Below are positions 1 through 6,982 of a DNA stretch of 24,000 nt, piece after piece (the stretch's first letter is position 1; every line of letters starts with the position of its first letter). The position numbers were made by a program, and so were the translations under genes. The stretch comes from Candidatus Omnitrophota bacterium (lineage in GTDB: Bacteria > Omnitrophota > Gorgyraeia > Velamenicoccales > Velamenicoccaceae): assembly GCA_016235185.1 (NCBI GenBank), contig JACRLT010000042.1:37917-61916 (forward strand), in the 5' to 3' direction. The notes beneath the pieces were generated by a model that worked only from the letters and a program-made list of their open reading frames with translations, was not told where the DNA came from and did no database searches.

Positions 1-960
1 CTCATGGTCCATATAGTGGACATTACTGCGGAAGACCTCTGTGATCCGTGTCGCAAGCGGACTATCCACGTAAATCGGGATAGGCGCAATAGAACCCTCT
101 TTTAAAAGCTCGCTTATAAAATACACAACTTCCTGTGTGCGTTCCAGGGCAAACGAAGGAATGATGATCTTCCCTTTTCTTGCCACTGTACGGTTGATCG
201 CCTCGCGCAGCTTACCTTTTGCATCAGAGATAGGCGTGTGCAGCCTCCCGCCGTAGGTCGACTCTAAGATAAGATAATCCAGGCCAGTCAAAATAGTGGG
301 ATTATTCAGCAAAGGCAGCTGTTTGCGGCCCAGATCCACTGCATAGCCTAAACGCAGGACCTTATGCTGCATCCTGATCTCAAGGAATACGACGCTCGCG
401 CCAAGGATATGGCCCGCATCGTAAAATGTCAAAGTCACATCATTGGTTATTTTGAATTTTTGTCCGTAGTGGAGCGGCCTAAAATGCGAGATCGAACGGA
501 TCGCTTCATGCTCTGTATACAACGGCCCGCGTATCATAACAGGTTCGGGCCGTCTTCGGCCCCTGGGCCTGCCCTTGGACCTCGAGGCTATTTTTCTTAA
601 ATAACGGAAGTCTTCGGCCTGCACACGGCCCGAATCAGCCAACATAAGTTTGCATAGGTCGCGAGTGGCAGAAGTAGTGTAGATCTTGGAATGTAGGCCG
701 TGCTTTAACAGCGTAGGTATGTTGCCGCAATGGTCTATATGGGCGTGCGATAAGATGAGGGCATTTATGCGCTGCGGTTGGTAAGCAAAAGTCGTATTGA
801 CTTCAAAAAACTCTTCACGCCTGCCGTAAAAAAGGCCCGCATCGATCAAGATCTTAGATTTCGGCGTAGTGAGCAAATGGCTTGAACCGGTTACCGTCCG
901 GACACCGCCCAAAAATTGAAGTTTGACTAAGCCGTGGTGGCTTATCTTATGTTTTTTCAT
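1..960 (-). CDS. MBL-fold beta-CASP (RNA-metabolising metallo-beta-lactamase) hydrolase; N-terminal 320 codons, C-terminus beyond the window edge
   Basis: Own translation of the minus strand from ATG 960-958: MKKHKISHHGLVKLQFLGGVRTVTGSSHLL...ALILSHAHIDHCGNIPTLL...LILESTYGGR...IIPSFALERTQEV...VHYMDHE. It carries the HxHxDH zinc motif and beta-CASP-like motifs. The frame is open to position 1. It is absent from the ORF track because no stop lies in the window. Confidence 0.85.
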   Translation of the reverse strand, partial: MKKHKISHHGLVKLQFLGGVRTVTGSSHLLTTPKSKILIDAGLFYGRREEFFEVNTTFAYQPQRINALILSHAHIDHCGNIPTLLKHGLHSKIYTTSATRDLCKLMLADSGRVQAEDFRYLRKIASRSKGRPRGRRRPEPVMIRGPLYTEHEAIRSISHFRPLHYGQKFKITNDVTLTFYDAGHILGASVVFLEIRMQHKVLRLGYAVDLGRKQLPLLNNPTILTGLDYLILESTYGGRLHTPISDAKGKLREAINRTVARKGKIIIPSFALERTQEVVYFISELLKEGSIAPIPIYVDSPLATRITEVFRSNVHYMDHE

Positions 961-1083
961 TAATTTTGACTTTTCGGATTTTATTTCCCTTCAAAATTAA
1001 CTCCGAAGCTTACCCCCACTGTTTCGTTTTGCTTTCGCAAAGCGAAACAAAACGGTGGGGGTGTTTAAGCAAGGAGTCTTACC
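961..1083 (-). repeat. Modular intercistronic element, family 1, copy 1 (left box, CCCCCAC hairpin, right box with 10-bp stem)
   Basis: Minus-strand reading: GGTAAGACTCCTTGCTTAAACA, then the 49-nt hairpin, then TAAGCTTCGGAGTTAATTTTGA..TCAAAATTA, then ATG. Positions 999-1076 are identical over 78 nt to 22151-22228. Stem 960-969/991-1000. Confidence 0.8.
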
Positions 1084-1092
1084 TCTGTCCTT

Positions 1093-1722
1093 TTACTTCT
1101 CACGTATCTCCCTGCCCAGGCGCGGCTGCCGTCCGGATTCTTCCAAAAGGGCCTCAAGCATAACCTGCATATCGCCAAAGCTGTAAAAACCGCTATACGA
1201 GCCGCGGATATATCCGTCCCTATCGATCAGGTAAAAAGACGGCCAGGTCGTGCTATCGTAGGCATCACGTATGGAAGAATCATCGTCTACGACTACCGGA
1301 AATAAGATCTCCAGCTTATCGATCTTCTTAAAGAGCTCGCTTTCGGACCTGTTGAATTCCCATTCCGGCGTATGGACGCCCACGATCTCAAGCCCTTTGT
1401 TCCTGTACCGGAAATACCACTGGTTAAGGTTGGCTGCCGCGCTCTCGCAATTCGGGTCGTTCAAGGTCCAGAAAAACACAATGACGACCTTGCCGATCAT
1501 GGCCTTTAGAGCCGGGGCCTTTTTGTAAGGCGAGGCATTAAACCAGACCTTGCCCTTTATTTCAGGTGCCCTGCGCTGCTCCTGCGCCGACGATACGCCC
1601 GCGCATGCCAAAAACATCATGATCAACGAAAGATTTACGGCCTTTGAAATACCATTATTATGGAAGAACGCAGAAGTAATGGAAGATTCTTTAAGCGCAC
1701 AATCAGGGATTTTTTGGCACAT
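1093..1722 (-). CDS. Secreted thioredoxin-like (redoxin/DipZ C-terminal-like) protein with a degenerate active site; start uncertain (ATG 1722 or 1620)
   Basis: The C-terminal 170 aa of ORF 1093..1953 has a thioredoxin-fold signature: KVVIVFFWTLNDPNCESAA...GLEIVGVHTPEWEF...WPSFYLIDRDGYIR. A signal-like segment AVNLSLIMMFLACAGVSSA is present. ATG 1722 is preceded by GAAGGAC. The upstream 77 codons of the tracked ORF lie over structured non-coding sequence. Confidence 0.65.
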   Translation of the reverse strand: MCQKIPDCALKESSITSAFFHNNGISKAVNLSLIMMFLACAGVSSAQEQRRAPEIKGKVWFNASPYKKAPALKAMIGKVVIVFFWTLNDPNCESAAANLNQWYFRYRNKGLEIVGVHTPEWEFNRSESELFKKIDKLEILFPVVVDDDSSIRDAYDSTTWPSFYLIDRDGYIRGSYSGFYSFGDMQVMLEALLEESGRQPRLGREIREK

Positions 1723-1860
1723 TCGACTACGTCCTTCGACAAGCCGAAGGACTCCGCTCAGTGCCAATGGTGAGCGAAGTCGAATCCATTGGCAAGGGTC
1801 TGCAAGGGATTGTATTTTAGCTGTAGCGACACGTTCTTTGGAGCGTAACAGCGAAAATAC
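1720..1860 (-). promoter_or_regulatory. Highly structured leader: pseudoknot-capable helices covering the RBS and start codon, plus a long hairpin
   Basis: Perfect complementarities are seen at 1721-1728/1778-1785, 1731-1738/1745-1752 and 1762-1770/1786-1794. The first and third cross. A further hairpin has ends 1812-1818/1854-1860. Confidence 0.4.
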
Positions 1861-1890
1861 AAACCGTAGCAGACGGCAAAAAATACCGTG

Positions 1891-1930
1891 CGCAAAGAAG
1901 CTTCCATCACTTTTGCGTAAGTCAACTATA
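1891..1930 (+). repeat. Short hairpin repeat, family 3, copy A
   Basis: CGCAAAGAAGCTTCCAT-CAC-TTTTGCGTAAGTCAA matches the reverse complement of 9552-9586 except for the central 3 nt. Confidence 0.7.
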
Positions 1931-2461
1931 CTTCGAGGGCCTATTGAGATCATGGCAGAGAGAATTGACTTCTGTTTTTAGTTTCTCGATCAGGGTCTCG
2001 TACTGCTGCTTGATATCTTCGTGATACCGGACAGCTTTTAAAAGCGCCCGGAAAGACTCTCTCTCCCTCTGCTTGACTACGTTCTTGACCGTCACATCTA
2101 TGCCGACGGCAAAACTGCCTACCGGTTCTCCCTTTTTATTTTTCATTACGATCGCCGACCACGAGATGCTTTTCTTATCGCCGTACTTGGTCACCAGGGT
2201 AAACTCTACATTCTTATAATTCTCCTTGAATGCCGCGCCTATGCTATTTAAGACTTCTTTCCTGTATTCGCCGTCGGGATATAGGAACTCCATTATCTTC
2301 TTATTGCATATCGCTTCTTTTTTAGTATATCCGGTGATCTCCTCTGCCGCCTTGTTCCAAATAAGGATGTTGCCTTCTATGTCAAAGGCAGTAAGGAGAA
2401 CATTAGCGCTGTCAATAAGCTGTTTATAAAGCTCGATATCTTTGTCCAGTAATTTACGCAT
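1922..2461 (-). CDS. Stand-alone PAS-domain protein with a C-terminal coiled-coil tail
   Basis: 179-aa ORF with a PAS S-box-like sequence (LLTAFDIEGNILIWNKAAEEITGYTKKEAI...SWSAIVMKNKKGEPVGSFAVGIDVT). ATG at 2461 is preceded by AAGGTG. Confidence 0.8.
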   Translation of the reverse strand: MRKLLDKDIELYKQLIDSANVLLTAFDIEGNILIWNKAAEEITGYTKKEAICNKKIMEFLYPDGEYRKEVLNSIGAAFKENYKNVEFTLVTKYGDKKSISWSAIVMKNKKGEPVGSFAVGIDVTVKNVVKQRERESFRALLKAVRYHEDIKQQYETLIEKLKTEVNSLCHDLNRPSKYS

Positions 2462-2572
2462 TGAGCACCTTAATTTTGCATATTTTAGGTGGTTTTTTCC
2501 TACAAAATTAACTCCGCAGCCTACCTCAAAATTATCGAAGAGAATTTTGAGGTGTCAAGGCAAGGAGCGACC
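2462..2572 (-). repeat. Modular intercistronic element, family 1, copy 2 (different central hairpin)
   Basis: Minus-strand reading: GGTCGCTCCTTGCCTTGACA, then CCTCAAAATT-loop-AATTTTGAGG, then TAGGCTGCGGAGTTAATTTTG..CAAAATTAAGGTGCTCA, then ATG. Stem 2470-2478/2503-2511. Central hairpin 2524-2552. Confidence 0.8.
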
Positions 2573-2601
2573 TTTTATCATTTTAGCGAAACCCCTATAG
2601 T

Positions 2602-3120
2602 TTAGAGCGCCAGTTTTGATTTGATCCCACCGCTGGAGCTGATCTCCACGATCTCAATGACCTTGACCTTTAAAATTGCGAACTTTTCCGGCAAAGAGAA
2701 CTCCAAAGGCGAAGCCTTCTCTCCTGTGCGCAGGTTAAAAAGGATGCGCTCCACCGTGAATTTTGTCTTTATATCCTGGAACTCATCGGAAAGTTTTTTA
2801 AACTCCTCGCCCTTCTCTAGAATATCTACGGTGCCGTTAAGCTGGTAACCGGTCAAAGTGCGGTCATCGATAAAAGAAACAGAAATGCGAGGATTCTCCG
2901 ATAAGTTGGAAAACGTCTTGCCCATGACATAATCAACGAGATAAATAATATTGCTGTGCACCTTGGCGATAAGCTTGGGCGCGACATTCGGCATGCGCTC
3001 GCAACTGCATGTCGCAACATTCACGAATTTTCCCGTAGACAGGTACGGCAATAGGCCGTGGAGAAAATTCTCCTTTTCGGCAGGCGTTACTTTTTCAACA
3101 ACTCTTTTTCTCTTTTCCAT
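2602..3120 (-). CDS. Pyridoxamine 5'-phosphate oxidase-like (FMN-binding split-barrel) family protein
   Basis: 172-aa ORF. Its size and pattern (NVATCS..MPNVAPK..IYLVDYVMGKTFSNLSENPRISVSFID..TGYQLNGTVDIL) resemble PNPOx-class proteins. Called by eye only. Confidence 0.6.
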   Translation of the reverse strand: MEKRKRVVEKVTPAEKENFLHGLLPYLSTGKFVNVATCSCERMPNVAPKLIAKVHSNIIYLVDYVMGKTFSNLSENPRISVSFIDDRTLTGYQLNGTVDILEKGEEFKKLSDEFQDIKTKFTVERILFNLRTGEKASPLEFSLPEKFAILKVKVIEIVEISSSGGIKSKLAL

Positions 3121-3129
3121 GTCAAGCCG

Positions 3130-3813
3130 TCATTGGTGATAAAATCTTTTCTTGGACCCTTCCCTTACAAGGAATTGGGTAAGGTCCACCCTTTCTGGGT
3201 TGGATGGGCAAATGCCTTGCAAAATACACTCAAGACACTTAGGTTTTTTGGCAACGCAGGTTTGGCGGCCGTGCCAGATAAGCCTCAAAGTAAAATCCCC
3301 CCATTCTTTTCTATCCAACTGCTTGGCGAGGTCCTGCTCTATTTTTACCGGATCGCTGTTCTTCGTCAGGCCCAGCCGTTGGCTTACACGGTTGACATGC
3401 GTATCTACCGCTATGCCCTCATTCTTACCAAAGGCGTTATATAAGACTACGTTTGCTGTCTTTCTGGCCACGCCAGGTAATGTCAACAGGCCATCCATGT
3501 TATCCGGCACTTTTCCGTTAAAATCTTTTAAGATCATATTGGCGCAGGCAATAATATTTTTTGCCTTGTTGCGGTAAAATCCGGTGGATCGGATCTCCTG
3601 CTCGAATGCACTTAGGTCAGCCTTGGCATAATCCCTTATATCCTTGTATTTCTTAAAAAGGCCTCCTGTCACGATATTGACCCGGGCATCTGTGCACTGG
3701 GCCGAAAGGATAGTCGATACAAGCAACTGCCACGGATTTGCGGATTTTAAAGCTATCCTCGGCCTGGGATACTTTTTTTTAAGAAGCGCAACAACTTCCT
3801 TTATGCCTGTCAT
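3130..3813 (-). CDS. nth: Endonuclease III (HhH-GPD DNA glycosylase/AP lyase with a 4Fe-4S loop)
   Basis: WQLLVSTILSAQCTDARVN, LPGVARKTANVVL and HVNRVSQRLGL, plus the C-terminal Cys cluster CVAKKPKCLECILQGIC. ATGA overlap with the upstream ogg stop. Confidence 0.92.
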   Translation of the reverse strand: MTGIKEVVALLKKKYPRPRIALKSANPWQLLVSTILSAQCTDARVNIVTGGLFKKYKDIRDYAKADLSAFEQEIRSTGFYRNKAKNIIACANMILKDFNGKVPDNMDGLLTLPGVARKTANVVLYNAFGKNEGIAVDTHVNRVSQRLGLTKNSDPVKIEQDLAKQLDRKEWGDFTLRLIWHGRQTCVAKKPKCLECILQGICPSNPERVDLTQFLVREGSKKRFYHQ

Positions 3814-4457
3814 TTACAGTATTTTACAGGTTTGCCCGTCGCTGAACTAAAAAATAAAAGATCCATGTGGCCTATCGGGATATTGATACGTTTTGAAAAT
3901 TGCAACATCTTCTGTTCTATTTCAAGGTACTTCTTTGGAGTCAGGCTCTTCGGTAACTCTTCTATTGCGCTCAATTCTTTCAGGCGCCTCAAAATATGAC
4001 GGTCAAGGATCGCGAGTTTCTCGCCCTGCCCTACATTCCTTAAAAAATGGCTTGCCTCTTTATATCCCAAGCCTGAAACATTTTTCACCAGCCACTCCCG
4101 CACCGAAGAAGGATCGCCGCAAAAAACTTTTTCTTTTATCCTCAAATCCTTGGCACGGGAAAAAAACTTCCGGGCAGCCACCAGGCGGCATGCCTTCTGA
4201 TTGTAAAACCGCGCATACTTTAAAAAAGGGCCCAACTGACGCCTGTTACCTTCAAGTAAAAGTTTTTTCCCTTTAAGGCGGGTTATGATCTTTTTGCAAT
4301 TTTCAGCATTCGCCCCGGCCGTCAGCAAACAAAAACACAACTCTTCAAAAATACGGCTCTGTGCGGCAACGCGCAGCTTCCGGAAATCCAAAAGCCTTTT
4401 TTCGATTTCCCTTCTTTTTGACCTATAGGACTTCTTTAATTCGAGAATAGGATCCAT
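3810..4457 (-). CDS. ogg: N-glycosylase/DNA lyase, archaeal-type (Ogg2-like) 8-oxoguanine glycosylase
   Basis: EELCFCLLTAGANA, GLGYKEASHFLRNVG and LAILDRHIL are typical of the Ogg2 family. The start shares one nucleotide with the response-regulator stop (TGATG). Confidence 0.8.
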   Translation of the reverse strand: MDPILELKKSYRSKRREIEKRLLDFRKLRVAAQSRIFEELCFCLLTAGANAENCKKIITRLKGKKLLLEGNRRQLGPFLKYARFYNQKACRLVAARKFFSRAKDLRIKEKVFCGDPSSVREWLVKNVSGLGYKEASHFLRNVGQGEKLAILDRHILRRLKELSAIEELPKSLTPKKYLEIEQKMLQFSKRINIPIGHMDLLFFSSATGKPVKYCK

Positions 4458-4882
4458 CAGGCGGCAGGTTGACTTTCGGGTTTACCGCCTTCGGGCTGCA
4501 ATTTTTTGTGGGTCCTAAGGGTTACCTGTATCATCTGGACCAGTTGGTCAAAGGTATAATTCTTGGCGAAAAACCCGGAGATGCCCAATTCCTTGGCGCG
4601 GGTGATCTTTTCGTCGTGGCCGTAGGCGGCTGTAACCATGATAATAGGCAATTCCTTATTAAATTCACGTATGTTCTTTAATGCCTCCAGGCCATCCATG
4701 ACAGGCATGTTGATATCCATGAACATTATATCGGGTGCGCCTGCTTTAACGCGCTCAACCGCCTCCTTGCCGTTACGGCAAGTAGCCACAGAGTACCCTC
4801 GAGATTTTAACCAAAAGGCAATGGGTTCTATAAAATCATTTTCATCGTCTACCAACAAAACGCCGATCTCTTTATTCTCCAT
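4457..4882 (-). CDS. Single-domain response regulator (CheY-like receiver) with a short Pro/Gly-rich tail
   Basis: VLLVDDE...DIMFMDINMPVMDGLEAL...PIIMVTA...AKELGISGFFAKN. Confidence 0.9.
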   Translation of the reverse strand: MENKEIGVLLVDDENDFIEPIAFWLKSRGYSVATCRNGKEAVERVKAGAPDIMFMDINMPVMDGLEALKNIREFNKELPIIMVTAAYGHDEKITRAKELGISGFFAKNYTFDQLVQMIQVTLRTHKKLQPEGGKPESQPAA

Positions 4883-4889
4883 GGACTCT

Positions 4890-6377
4890 TTATATTCCTT
4901 TCCTCTTAACAGGCAGCGTGAAGATAAATCTGGCGCCTTGCCCCTTTTCGCTTTCCGCCCGGATCACGCCGGAATGAAGTTCTACGATCTCCTTGGCTAT
5001 AGAAAGGCCTAATCCTGTGCCGCTGATATCCGTCTGCCTGCGTTCGCCTACCTGTAAAAATCTTTCGAAAACCTTTTCCAGGTCTTCTTTGGCAATGCCG
5101 ATGCCTGTATCCTGGACGCTGACCTCGACATCTGTGCCGCCATTTGTTGACTTAGCCTCGACGATCACGCAGCCGCCCTTAGGTGTGAATTTCAAAGCGT
5201 TGCCTATCAGATTATTAAGTATCTGGATGATCCTGTTCGGGTCAATATGCAGCACTGGCAGGCCGGGCTCAACCTTGCGCTCCAAACCTATCTCTTTAGA
5301 ATTAGCCCAACTGCTTAGACCTTCACAGGCATCCTGCACCACACGGCCGATCTCGGCATCTACCATCTCCAATTTCATCTTTCCTGCTTCAAGCTTGGAA
5401 AAATCCAAAATATCATTGATAAGCCTGCCCAATCTATCAAGATTGCGCTTGGCAATATCCAAAAACCGCGCCTGGTCTTCTGTCAACGAGCCTGCCGAAC
5501 GATCCCCTATTACCTCTAAAGCCTTTTGCGTCGCAACAATAGGCGTGCGCAATTCGTGCGTAACGGTCGAAACAAATTGAGATTTTAAACGATCCAACTC
5601 CTTTTGCTTAGTGACATCCGTCAGCACAGAGACCATGCCGACAGTCTGGCCGTTTTCATTTTCAACGAGCGCGCTGGAAGAGCGGATTATCTTTTTCGTC
5701 TCCTGCTGCATGGTATTAAGTTCTACTACCTTTTCGCCCTTGCCTGCTGTATCGCTGACAATAGAAACTATCTCTTCGTCTTTCAAATCTTCTGTAAGTT
5801 GATGGCCTATCTTCTGCTGTTTAGTAACTCCAAGAAGCTTTTCTGCCGCGGGATTCATCATAACAACTTCACCCTTGGCGTTAACTACGACAAGCCCTTC
5901 GGCCAGGCTCTGGACTATGGCCTCCGTCTGGTTCTTCTCGGTTACGACATTCTTGTATTTTAAATGGGTGATCTCGTTTTCCTTATCTTTTTCTGCGATG
6001 ACGGTTTCATACCTGCTCTTCATCTGTGCAGTGGCTTCGGTCACTTTATGCTCTACCTTCTGCGCCACCGCCGCGGTGAGTTGCCGCGCAATCTCCCCGC
6101 TTTTATCTTTTAAACCGACGACAGAAGCCAATTGCCGCTCTATAGTATTTTCCAGATCTCTATCATAGGCCCTGGGAGCAACAACGCCTGAAACTTCGAC
6201 TTTCTTATTTGCACGCGCCATGCGCGTCAATATAATGGATACGATGACACCGATAACAATGGCTATTATATAAAACGGCCCCGGAGTAATTGTGACCACC
6301 TGGTCCGCCTCCTCGGCATATGCGGCTTGCGCAAAAACCAAAAAACCTATAAAAAGCGATCCTGAAAACTTCTTCAT
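4890..6377 (-). CDS. Membrane sensor histidine kinase (signal/TM, coiled coil, PAS, HisKA, HATPase_c)
   Basis: H-box FVSTVTHELRTP, N-box NLIGNALKFTP and G-boxes DTGIGI / GTGLGLSI. ATGA overlap with the upstream lipoprotein gene. Confidence 0.9.
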   Translation of the reverse strand: MKKFSGSLFIGFLVFAQAAYAEEADQVVTITPGPFYIIAIVIGVIVSIILTRMARANKKVEVSGVVAPRAYDRDLENTIERQLASVVGLKDKSGEIARQLTAAVAQKVEHKVTEATAQMKSRYETVIAEKDKENEITHLKYKNVVTEKNQTEAIVQSLAEGLVVVNAKGEVVMMNPAAEKLLGVTKQQKIGHQLTEDLKDEEIVSIVSDTAGKGEKVVELNTMQQETKKIIRSSSALVENENGQTVGMVSVLTDVTKQKELDRLKSQFVSTVTHELRTPIVATQKALEVIGDRSAGSLTEDQARFLDIAKRNLDRLGRLINDILDFSKLEAGKMKLEMVDAEIGRVVQDACEGLSSWANSKEIGLERKVEPGLPVLHIDPNRIIQILNNLIGNALKFTPKGGCVIVEAKSTNGGTDVEVSVQDTGIGIAKEDLEKVFERFLQVGERRQTDISGTGLGLSIAKEIVELHSGVIRAESEKGQGARFIFTLPVKRKGI

Positions 6378-6790
6378 TTTTTGTCCATCTGCCCTGTCGG
6401 CGGGGTGAATACCACTGTCTTGCCTGTGGCGGTCATATTCCTTTTAGTAGAAAGAAGCTTACCGCACAAAGGCATATCATTTCCCTTATCCTCGATATAC
6501 TGAATATCGATAATAGCATCAGCCCCTGCAGCCCTGGCCCTCTTTATGAGCTCCTTATTAAAGGCCTCCTTTGAAGTACCGTGCTGCGCCATTACCTTGA
6601 CCGAACCGATCTCAAAATAAGGCCTGCCGACTTCCTGGCCTTCGGTGTAGATCTCGATAGGAGCGTCTTCGGGCTTAGGCGACAAAACACTGCCCGTTAT
6701 ATCATAATATTCTGAATGGATAAGAAGACATCTGGAACACCCCGCAATAGCCATAAACATAAAAATACCTAAAATAATTTTTTTCATCAT
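6374..6790 (-). CDS. Hypothetical lipoprotein
   Basis: 138-aa ORF. N-terminus MMKKIILGIFMFMAIAGCS carries a lipobox (IAGC). GAAAGGAATCCA precedes the ATG. Confidence 0.6.
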   Translation of the reverse strand: MMKKIILGIFMFMAIAGCSRCLLIHSEYYDITGSVLSPKPEDAPIEIYTEGQEVGRPYFEIGSVKVMAQHGTSKEAFNKELIKRARAAGADAIIDIQYIEDKGNDMPLCGKLLSTKRNMTATGKTVVFTPPTGQMDKK

Positions 6791-6816
6791 TGGATTCCTT
6801 TCGTTGATCTATATAA

Positions 6817-6950
6817 CTATTTATACATCCGCGGCCTAAAACCGCGCCCTTTAAGGGCGCGAATGGTTGTGGCCGCTTGAGTATTCCGCCCAAAGCTTGC
6901 CCTCCTAAAGGAGGGGAACCCCGGGCTTTAGCCCGGATGGGCTCCATTAT
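6817..6950 (-). repeat. Leader repeat, family 2, copy X (long form with two extra hairpins)
   Basis: Read toward the lipoprotein gene: TAATGGAGCCC, then CCGGGC-TAAA-GCCCGG, then CCCTCC-TTTA-GGAGGG, then GGCGGAATACTCAAGCGGCCACAACCATTCGCGCCCTTAAAGGGCGCGGTTTTAGGCCGCGGATGTATAAATAG. This aligns with plus-strand 20775-20870. Confidence 0.7.
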
Positions 6951-6982
6951 ATAGGGAATTGCGCAAAATCGGAAGATTTTTT

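Noticed and set aside
1093-1953. The tracked 286-aa version of the thioredoxin-like ORF, starting at 1953.
   Set aside because: The upstream 77 or more codons run through the structured leader and a repeat and overlap the PAS gene 3' end. The thioredoxin-like domain and signal-like segment start much later.
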